From Azolla caroliniana (Eukaryota > Plantae > Polypodiophyta), in the NCBI GenBank assembly GCA_043228905.1, contig JBHGNT010000001.1, forward strand, positions 7,564,001 through 7,628,000: a stretch of DNA of 64,000 nucleotides, written 5' to 3'. The position numbers and the translations under genes are program-made. Positions 1 through 9,383 of this stretch are shown piece after piece (within the stretch, counting starts at the first letter, position 1; each line of letters begins with the position of its first letter). A model generated the notes under the pieces. It was not told the DNA's origin. It did not search any database and saw only the letters and a list, made by a program, of their open reading frames with translations.

Positions 1-232
1 TGGTGCAGACCCGGTGAGAACCGGATGAGGAGTACCCGGCTACGGAGGACCGGATGGTGCAGACCCGGTGAGAACCGAATGAGGAGTACCCGGCTACGAA
101 GGACCGGATGGTGCAGACCCGGTGAGAACCGGATGAGGAGTACCCGGCTACGGAGGACCGGATGGTGCAGACCCGGTGAGAACCGGATGAGGAGTACCCG
201 GCTACGGAGAGCCGGATGGTGAAGACCCGGTG
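1..232 (+). repeat. 54-bp tandem repeat (about 4 visible copies) in the LTR U3 region
   Basis: Unit TGGTGCAGACCCGGTGAGAACCGGATGAGGAGTACCCGGCTACGGAGGACCGGA repeated nearly perfectly. It explains the 18-aa periodic ORF 25..222. Confidence 0.95.
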
Positions 233-405
233 AGGAGTGCTCTCCGGATGAAGAGACATATTCGTAAATATGTCTCTGAGAGTCCATCGTGGCTATATTT
301 GTAAATAGCTGAAAAGTCATATTAGTATAAATATGACTTAGGGCAAACCTTTTGCTGTTGTTGTTATTGTTGTTGGTGCAAGGAGAGAGAGAGCGCGTAA
401 CTGTG

Positions 406-466
<61 letters not shown>

Positions 467-681
467 CGTTGCCTCCGTGAACTCATTGTTGTACATTCTA
501 ACATAGTGATAGTTTGCAGCCTGTGGGCTGCCGTGGTTTTTCCCTTGGTTTGGGTTTTCCACGTAAACATCTTGTGTACTCTTCTCTTCTTCCTGTCGTG
601 CATTATTTCCCGTTTTCTGTGTATGGTTCTTAGCTCGGTTGTGGCCGAGCATTGCATATAGGGAGCGTGCAGTTCCTGTCA
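1..681 (+). mobile_element. LTR (3' LTR or solo LTR, truncated by the window edge) of the family also seen at 28585-29386 and 16887-17432
   Basis: Colinear with the TSD-bounded LTR at 28585-29386: shares GGCTATATTTGTAAATAGC.GAAAAGTCATATTAGTATAAATATGACTTAGGGCAAAC, a (GA)n tract and GGGTTTTCCAC.TAAACATC, and ends AGTTCCTGTCA versus AGTTCCTGACA. No PBS follows. Confidence 0.85.
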
Positions 682-1344
682 CAGATATCCCTGTATGAGG
701 CGGAGCAATGTGCAGAAGCATTGAGTGTGTCGGAGAATAGAATTGAAGCTATTCTCCTGAACATTTCAATCGGTAAATATTTAAAAAACTTCTTTGTTTG
801 GAATATTGTTTTGTTTAATGCTTTATGGGTGTGGTGGAAGTGTCGGTGCAACACGAAATATGAAGGTATCGCGTATAATGTGGTGGATATGATTAACATG
901 TTTTGGGACAACTTGGTACACACAGTTAAGGGAGAGTGATAATATTAAAGGAACAACGGAAAAGGTGCATAAGAAAAGAAGGAAAATTCGTAAAATATGG
1001 TGGCCAATACCTATGTGGATCTTGGATGGGTCACATGAAGATCGCTGGAATTATGTTCCACCACGATTGTCACAGCCACACCAAGCGTAGACTAGGACAG
1101 AACATGGATAATGGGGTTATGAGCGATGGGCTACGAACTTGGAGCTAGAAGTGACGAGGTTAGGAACTCTAGAAGTTTATACAAGTTTCGAGATTGAATA
1201 TCTCTAGAATATACTCGAGAAATATCTTTAGAATATACCATACAATATTTCTAGAATATACTAACAACTAGAATATTTTGATTTTGAAATGTACTATATG
1301 TTAGACTATATAATACTAAACTATTATATACAAATATATGTTCA

Positions 1345-1403
1345 TATCAAAATGGTTGAGCATGACATGTTGTTAATGTGAAATTGCAGGTTCAATCCTC
1401 ACC
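1345..1403 (+). other. Degenerate tRNA-like relic (Asn GTT-like anticodon loop, B-box GGTTCAATCC)
   Basis: AATGGTTGAGC (D-loop-like), then ACATG-TTGTTAA-TGTGA (anticodon arm with G-U pairs), then GCAGGTTCAATCCT (T-arm-like). No acceptor stem, so not a functional tRNA. Confidence 0.4.
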
Positions 1404-1496
1404 AACAATGTATTTGATGTCATTGTGTCATGACATTATCCTCCCCTTTACGACCGCCTTTTCAAAAGCATGGTGTAGGGGTGGACGAGAATTGGA

Positions 1497-1706
1497 GCAC
1501 CGACGGGCGTGAGCAACAATGTGTTGTCCTCACAGGAGACTGAAACACCAACGGACGTGAGCAACCATGTGCGGTCCTCATCGGGAAATGGAACACCAAT
1601 GGGTGTGAGCGACCATGTGCGGTCCTCACGGGAGACACGAATACCAATGGACGTGAGCGACCATGTACGATTCTCCCCGGGAACTAGAACACTAACGAGC
1701 ATGAAC
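1497..1706 (+). repeat. 48-bp tandem repeat, about 4.3 copies
   Basis: Units start at 1497, 1545, 1593, 1641 and 1689 (consensus approximately ACACCAAYGGRCGTGAGCRACCATGTGCGGTCCTCACGGGA...). Confidence 0.9.
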
Positions 1707-2074
1707 TTCTTGCTCACCCCTACATCATGCTTTCGGAAAGGCGGTAAGAAAGGGGAGCATTGATGTTCCAATCTCAAGTGAGGACCTCTCATGGTCGCTC
1801 ATATTCATTCGTGTTGTTATTTCTGGTGATGACTCGCTTACTCATCAATCAACTTTGATTTTGTACTCCAACTCACCCTTGCACCGTGATGCTTTCGAAA
1901 AGGCGGCCGTAAAGGGGAGGATAATGTCACAGACATGACAAGAGTTATGTCAAGAAATCCATCTCTTGACCTCTTGTATTATAGTCAAATGTTATGTTGT
2001 AACCAACACATCCAAATACATGGTCATGTTATGTATATCTCCGTAGATTATCTATTCAAGTTCTAGGAGTTTTT

Positions 2075-2141
2075 AGAAAGTTCTAGAACTAGAAGGTTCT
2101 AGAATATTCTAATGCATGTACTTCCACTCATAGTATAAATA
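2075..2141 (+). promoter_or_regulatory. Heat-shock elements plus TATA box in the right LTR-like arm
   Basis: aGAAa-gTTCt-aGAAc at 2075-2089, perfect four-unit aGAAg-gTTCt-aGAAt-aTTCt at 2091-2110, and TATAAATA at 2134. Confidence 0.6.
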
Positions 2142-2565
2142 CTTGTAAACTCCTTGGTCCCTTTCAAGGGATTCAACACCAATTATTGACACATCAATCT
2201 AGTCTTCTCATTTCATTCCTTCTTGTCTCCTTCTTCATCTATGTCTTCATGCTCTCATGTCGCTCACAACTTCTAGAGTTCCTAGCCTCGTCACTTCTAG
2301 CTCCAAGTTCGTAGCTCGTCGCTTGTACCCCCATCATCCATGCTCTATCCTAGTCCGCGCTTGGTGTGTCTGTGACAACGATGACCGTTTCCTCCGCCTA
2401 GTACTTTCTTATTTCAATCTTAAGTTGTGATGTAATATAGTTCCTTCACCCTTTTTAAGTACAAGTTGACGAGAAGGACCTTACGTAGACGGGGTAGTCA
2501 TTGGATGGTTCTGCTTGGGGGATTTGACATAAGAAAATAACTTTTTGACATGTTTCATTGTGTAG

Positions 2566-3612
2566 TTGATGAACTACAATGTACCGTTGCGGGGCAGTTA
2601 TTATGGACAAATGTTGATGGTGGAGGAAACATTTATTAGTACTATTAGACTGAATACTGAGGGGGTTTAAGGATCAACTTTGCTTGGGGAAGTCATCCGT
2701 ATACTTGAAAAACATAATAATTCTATTCTTTGTTGGAGAAGGATGTTGCTATGGGAGGATGAAGCATTTCTATGGATTGACAAGGAGGTATATTTTATAT
2801 ATTTCTATTATAAATTTAATTTGTATTGTTTGATACTTGTTGACAGGTTTTTAATGTGTAGCTGATAGATTATGGCGCATGGTTGCTGGGTAGTTATAGG
2901 AACATAGGTTGATGGTGGATGAAGCATTTACTATTACTATTAGACTGGACATTTAGGGGGTTTAAGGATTGGCTTTGCTTGGGGAAGTCATCTATATACT
3001 TGAAAAGCATAATACTACACTTTTTGTTGGAGAAGGATGAGGTTATGGGAGGAGGAAGCATTTCTATGTGGTGATAGGGAGTTTTATTTTATATATTTCT
3101 ATTATAACTTACTTTGTATTGTTTGATACTTTTTGAACAATTTTATTGTGTAGTTGATGGATAATGGCGCACTGACGTTGGGTGGTTACCATGGACAAAT
3201 GTTGATGGTGGATGAAGCATTTACTAGTACTATTAGACTAAACATTGAGGGGTTTTAAGGATTGGCTTTGCTTGGGGAAGTCTTCTGTAGACTTGAAAAA
3301 TGTAATAATAATTTTTTGTTGCAGAAGGATGATGATATGGGAGGAGGGAGCATTTCTATGGAGTGATAGGGAGGTTGGATCACATTAATTGTACGCTACT
3401 CTTGGTGTCATTATTTGTTCTTCATCCAATCTCATATTCAAGTGACATAACATGATGGATTGGAAGGATGAGGGATAAGAACATTAAGGTTGTTTGGTTC
3501 GGCTTTGCTTGGGGAAGCCGTCCTTATAGGAAAAACCTTTTAGTCTACGTTTGTGGTAGAGATGGATGATGTTAATGGAGGACGAAGCAGTTCTAGGGAG
3601 TGACAGGGAGGC
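2566..3612 (+). repeat. Degenerate ~295-bp tandem repeat (3 copies plus a diverged 4th) resembling a repeated exon+intron unit
   Basis: Anchor CTTTGCTTGGGGAAG at about 2678, 2973, 3266 and 3503. Units read TGTAG|~222 nt|GAG-GT followed by a ~74-nt AT-rich spacer. Confidence 0.75.
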
Positions 3613-3703
3613 TTAATTATGTCTTCATTTACTTTTCAAATTTGGGGAGTGGTTTTCTCATTTTTTTGGACCTGAGGATGATGTTGAGTTCAAATCAAAT
3701 ATT

Positions 3704-4334
3704 TGTGAGAAAGATATGCCAAGAATACACAACTTGGAAATAGAAAACCGACAACAAAATGAACAAGATACACAATATTTAACGTGGAAACCCTAACCTG
3801 GAAAAACCATGGGAGAAACAGAGATCCACTATACAAGAGAATACAGAAAACGGTTACAATATTCTCTGATGAACACAGAGGATAACCCGCTTAGGGTTCT
3901 TAGCAAGTTCACTTAACTTTGTTGCCACTCTCTCTCCCTCACGCGCTCTCTCTTCTCTGTCGCACTCTACAACAGAGGCTCACAACTATTATATTGACAC
4001 AACTATTCTAATCACCACTATGTTTGCCCTAAGTGTATTTATACTTATACATTGTATAAGCTATTTACAAATGTAGCCACTACTACTGTCATGCCTATTA
4101 TAACAATAATAATTATTCAACCGATTAATTGACTAGTCGACTCCAGTGTGAACTGTCCCGTCAGCCCAACTAGTCGGCCTTGTCTTCGACCATCCGGTTG
4201 GCCAGACTAGTTGGTCGTGTCTTTGACTTGGATTGTCCTATTGTCGAATCCCCCAGTCGACTCTTCATGTCTTCGACTATCGGCACTCGGCCCGACCAGT
4301 CAGCTGCTCCCATAGGAGGGACATATTCCTAACT
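3704..4334 (-). mobile_element. Solo-LTR-like relic related to the 16887-17432 / 28585-29386 LTR family (boundaries approximate)
   Basis: Shares AACGTGGAAACCCTAA, GTTTGCCCTAAGT, GCTATTTACAAAT.TAGCC and a GGAGGGAC...TTCCTAAC end with the other copies. No clean TSD found. Confidence 0.6.
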
Positions 4335-4385
4335 GTCAAACGATGTTGCTATTAGGATGTATACATTTGGTGACAGGTCTTATGT

Positions 4386-4641
4386 TGTTGAGAATCAAAT
4401 TCAACTTCCCTAATGTGGGAACACACCCTAGTGTGTGAACACCCCACCACCTACTATACTAACTAGTGAGTCATACATAGAATCTTATAGTTCTATGACA
4501 CATTTTCAATGTAGTTAAGTCCCCACCATGAGAGAAGGTGACTATATAAGCACCGTTCCACCTTATTTGTAGTGTTGTTGTTTTTTGGTTATTCTTGTAA
4601 TCGTTTCCTTGAAAATATAGTCTTCACTAGCTTTCTGTATA

Positions 4642-4739
<98 letters not shown>

Positions 4740-4747
4740 TCTTTACA
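4386..4747 (+). repeat. 5' LTR of copia element 1, containing (CT)n(CA)n(CT)n
   Basis: TG...CA ends immediately followed by the PBS. Termini match those of the element 2 LTRs. Confidence 0.85.
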
Positions 4748-7700
4748 TGGTATCTGAGCGATTGGTAATCTGATCCGAGCCTATTCACATGTGTTGTGTT
4801 AAAGCCTACGTTCACGACGAACTGGCCGATTGTAGTAGCAGCCTCTACACAATTCATATCATAGACAAGAGTCAACATGAACACCTAGATGGGAAGCGCT
4901 CTTCCTACCGAAAAGGTCGATAGAAACAACTTTGCATCTTGGGAGTACAAGATGCACCAATAGTTTGTCGACCAAACTATTAGGGCTACATCGAAGGAGC
5001 ACAAGAAACGCAACCCAACCCAACACATGTCGACTACCTAGCATGGGAGTAGGCTGCGAGCTGTGTGTTGTATTGCCTTGCATCATGCATACATGATCAC
5101 ATGCTCAGCTACATTCGAGAGGCAAAAACACCGAAGGAGGCATGGGGGAACCTCAAGAAAATCTTCGCGGCCAATACAACTGCTCGCAAACTTCAACTCC
5201 GTCAGAAGTTGAACAATATTCAACAGAGAGACATGTTAATCATCAACTACACCTTGAAAATCAAGGAGTTGTGCGATATCCTCGGGTCGAACAATGTCAG
5301 TATTGATGACGATAAAATGGTGGAGATATGCCTCAGAGGCTTGGCACCTCGGTTTGATGCAATAAGGTCGCCCGTTCTCACACGAGAGAGTCCTCCCTCC
5401 TTCTTCGATCTTCGATCAATGTTACTAGTCGAGGAGAATCACGTCCGAGCGAGGAGCAATGTGCAAACATGCTCTATTCGAACTCGGATGGAGGAAGAGG
5501 ACAAGGTGGTGGCAGAAGAGGTTGATTCAGCCAAGGCCGACACTATCAAGGGCAGTCCCATGAGCACAACTTCTACTACCGGCAAGAAACCACAAACTCG
5601 CAAGGTGGAGCCTCGGGTAGAAGGGGGAGAAATAATGCGAGACCCACCCAACAAAACAACTTTGTTCAGTGTGGATATTGTGGCAAATTCAACCACTATG
5701 AGGCAAAGTGTCGAAAAAGTGATAGCTCAGTAATTACACCTCGAATTCCAACTATGAAGATTGTGGCGGAATGTTTCTGATGCAACACAGAGCAAACTCG
5801 ATGATGGAATCGTGCTCGACTAGCACCTCCCGTCCCGAAGATGTTTGGTTTGTCTATTCGAGTGCATCGAATCACATGACGTCCCATGCAGTTTGGTTTC
5901 GAGAACTCTGAAAACCCATCAGACTCGACTATGTTGAAACCTAGGATGACACAATACACCCCATTCAACATGTCGGCAATGTCCCATTCGGTAAAGACGG
6001 GAATGAGACCTACATAAAAAATGTCTGGCATGTTCCGACAATAACGAAGAATCTGGTCTCGATCGGCTAGATTGTGGAACAAGGCATGCAAGTTTGGTTC
6101 AACGATGGAGGGTGCCTCATTGAAAAGGAAGGCCGAATTATCGCTCGCAGTCAAAGAGAAGGCCGAATGTTCAACCTCGACTTGCATGCGATGAAATCGG
6201 TTATGTATGCCAAGGGCCGGAAAGCTGACACCGACATAGAGCTGTGGCATAAACGAATCGGCCACATCAATCTCCAAAAACTTAAAGGGATGCAGTCGAA
6301 AGGAGTCGTCATCGAACTCTCGACTTTTATCGAGAAGGAGATGGCAGGTATATGCAACGCTTGTCAATTTAGCAAACAACATCGACAACCGTTCCCGAAA
6401 GAGAGGAACGTGAGCAAAGGGACTTTGGATGTAGTTCATTAAGATGTATGGGAACCGACCTAGACAACAATATTTGGGGTTGTCGTTACTATGTGATGTT
6501 CATCAACGACTTCTCTAGGCATACTTGGATTTACCCTATGCGGCAAAAGAGCGAAGTGTTCAGATACTTCAAAAAGTTCAAGAATGAAGTTGAGAAGGCA
6601 ACCGGTCGGCATGTTTGCTACCTTCGATCGGATGGGGGCAAGGAATATTTGTTGGACGAATTTACAACGTACCTTCGAAAGGAAGGAATTTGCCAAGAAT
6701 TCTCGTGCCAACACACACCTCAACAAAACGGAGTAGCCGAACGTAAAAATCGGCATATATTGGAGGTGGTGAGAGCAATAATGAACGAAAAGAACCTGCC
6801 GAAATTGTATTGGGTTGAAGCGGCAAACACGATTGTCTATCTAATGAACTAGTGCACGACATCCGGAGTGCATGATATCACCCCCCATTAAAAGTTTTAC
6901 AGAAAGAAGCCAAACTTGTCCCACGTCCGGATATTCAACTCAATTGCATTCGTACACATTCCCAATGGAAAGTGGCAAAAGCTTGATCCGAAATCGAAAA
7001 GTGTATCCTTGTGGGGTACAAGTGCTTCAACCCATACACCAAAAAGGTACGATTGAGTAGGGATGTCGTATTCGAAGAATTGGCATCCTGGTATTCGATC
7101 GACTCGCCTCCATCCGATAATCCAATCGAAACCAATTTCAATATAGACTCGGAGGAGGACAACCGATTAAGGCTCACATCCGAAGAGAGTCCAATCTCAA
7201 CCAGGTTGAGTGGACCAAAGGAGCCCCTGAGCGACCAAAGCACGTTGCAGCCAAGTCCGAAGATGGACAAAGGGAAGGCCAAAATGCCTAAGTACGTAGA
7301 CTCGGAAGGAATCGAATCGGAACACTCACCTGACAGTGAGTTTAATGGCTTAGATTTGTCGGTCACATCAAGAGCCAAGAAAGTGCACACAAAGACCAAT
7401 GAACCACTGCGTTGTTCCACCCAAGAAAAGAATGCAGTCAGCCGAATCGGTTACAATGACTACATGGCATATCATTATGCTTTTATGATGAAAGTGGGAA
7501 CAGTTCGAGAGCCGGAAATGTTTTCTGAAGCCGTCAAGGACCCATGATGGGTCGAAGCGATGAATGTGGAGATGCAAGCGCTCTCCAAAAACGAGACCTG
7601 GGATCTCGTTCCTTCTTCACCCCATCACAAGGCAATCGGATGCCAATGGATATTCAAGGTGAAGCACAATGCCGACGGCATTGTCAATCGATATAAGGCT

Positions 7701-8926
7701 CGACTTGTGGCGAAATGATATGCACAGACACACGGGATCGATTACGAAGAGACCTTTGCCCCGGTGACAAAGATGACTACCATTTGAACCGTGATTGTGC
7801 TTGCAGCAACAAAAGGGCGGCACCTCCACCAAATGGATGTAAAGAACTCTTTCCTACAAGGCGAGTTAGACGAAGAGGTGTACATGGTGCAACCACTTAG
7901 TTTCGAGTCGAGTACACATCCGACTGCTGTCTGCCGACTTAAAAAGCCTCTCTACGGTCTCAAGGAAGCACCGAGAGCATGGCACTCGAAGACAACACAA
8001 TATCTTCACCAAATCGGCTTTAAAATGTCTATGTCCGATAATTCTCTGTTCGTCCGGAACGATTCCAGAGGACATCGAACATACCAAACGACTATTCTCC
8101 AGCCGATTCGAAATGACTGATATGAAGGAACTCCATTACTTTCTAGGAATAGAAGTAATTCGGACCCCCGACGACATCCTGATCTCCCAAAGACATTACA
8201 TTCTCAATCTTCTATTCAAATTTGGGATGACAGAGTGTAAGCCCATGGCTACCCCTCTCGATCGTAACCAAAAGCTTGAGGCCGACTCTGGAACTTCCGA
8301 ATGCGAACCGACCAAGTACCATCAATTGGTCGACAGTTTAATTTACCTCACTATTACTTAGCCTGACCTCAGTTACCCTGTCGGCCTCCTTAGCTAGTTT
8401 ATGCAGACACCTCGAAACATTCATCAGGATTGTGCTAAGCAAGTGTTACGATATGTGAGTGGGACGATGGATTTCAGCATTCTTTACAAATTGAGCACTT
8501 CGATTCAACTTGAAGGATATACCGATGCTGATTGGGCCGGTTATAAAGCAAACCGACGATCGACGTTAGGGTTCGTATTCACTCTCGGTAGCAGAGCAAT
8601 TGCGTGGAGCAGTAAGAAGCAGTCGACAATCGCATTGTCGAGCACAACGGCTGAATACAAGGGTGGAACCATTACCGCATGCGAAGCCATTTGGCTGAAG
8701 AGACTATTGAAGGATCTGGGTGTTCCCATTAAGGATCTGATTTTCCTGTATTGTGACAACATGAGTTGCAACATCCACCTGGCCCACAACCTAGTCTTCC
8801 ACGCTCAGACCAAGGACATTCAAGTGCACTACCACTTCATATGAGAACGTGTTTTGGTAGGAGATATTGACCTACGGTACATTAGCACGAATCTGTTGAC
8901 GATTGACATCTTCACGAAAGCCTTGG
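4386..8926 (+). mobile_element. Ty1/copia LTR retrotransposon, degenerate and 3'-truncated (element 1)
   Basis: 5' LTR TGTTGAGAATC...CTTTACA at 4386-4747, PBS TGGTATCTGAGC (tRNA-iMet type) at 4748. Then gag, integrase (WHKRIGH, LRSDGGKEY, PQQNGVAERKNR), RT (QMDVKNSFLQG) and RNase H (YTDADWAG, YCDN) fragments in copia order, with many stops and frameshifts. Confidence 0.95.
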
Positions 8927-9383
8927 TGTAAAGAATCGGGTATGAATCTTGTGTAGCGGAAGAGATGTGTGTTATGTGTATGTGTGAGAGGAATTAGAGG
9001 AGAGATGAGAGAACACAAGATAGAAAGAAAAAGGAATACTCAAGAAGAAGGTGTATATTTCACAAGTAGAATAAGAATTACAAAATGTAGCATAACAAGG
9101 AGTCACAACCGACTTAGTATGAAGTGTGAGGAGGGTGCTTTATATATAATCACCCTCTCTCTTCATTAACTAACTACAAAAACCACTCTCTCTCTTGGGG
9201 AATGTGAAGACTCATAGTCATGGGGAATATGTAACTCATTAGTTATGTGTCATAGAATATGATTCTATGACACAATGTAGTTAATGTGTAGAGAGTAGTG
9301 GTGTGACTCTTGACCTTTGAGTAATCATAGATTCTCAAAAGGTGTGTTCACACGTTGGACTATGTTGAGCTTGATTCTCAACA
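8927..9383 (-). repeat. 3' LTR of copia element 2
   Basis: About 97% identical to 14297-14750 and adjacent to the PPT. Confidence 0.95.

Larger units (their letters stand above)
1068..2377. mobile_element. Non-autonomous element with 110-bp terminal inverted repeats, TG...CA ends and a 5-bp TSD, built from two divergent LTR-like arms
   Basis: ACGAT at 1063-1067 and 2378-2382. 1068-1177 is the reverse complement of 2268-2377 (about 12 mismatches in 110). The PPT-like AAAGGGGAGGATAA followed by TGTCA occurs on + at 1911-1924 and on - at 1436-1449. Confidence 0.85.

Noticed and set aside
25-222. 18-aa periodic ORF (MRSTRLRRTGWCRPGENR)n as a repeat protein
   Set aside because: It is the translation of a 54-bp tandem repeat inside an LTR. 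The sister LTR has 40-bp units that do not preserve the frame.
1497-1706. CRISPR-like array
   Set aside because: Units are similar along their whole length, with no unique spacers and no cas genes, in a eukaryotic context.
8920-8926. GCCTT (left flank) / ACCTT (right flank) as a TSD for copia element 2
   Set aside because: Needs a mismatch plus a 2-nt offset, and the two flanks belong to different elements in opposite orientations.
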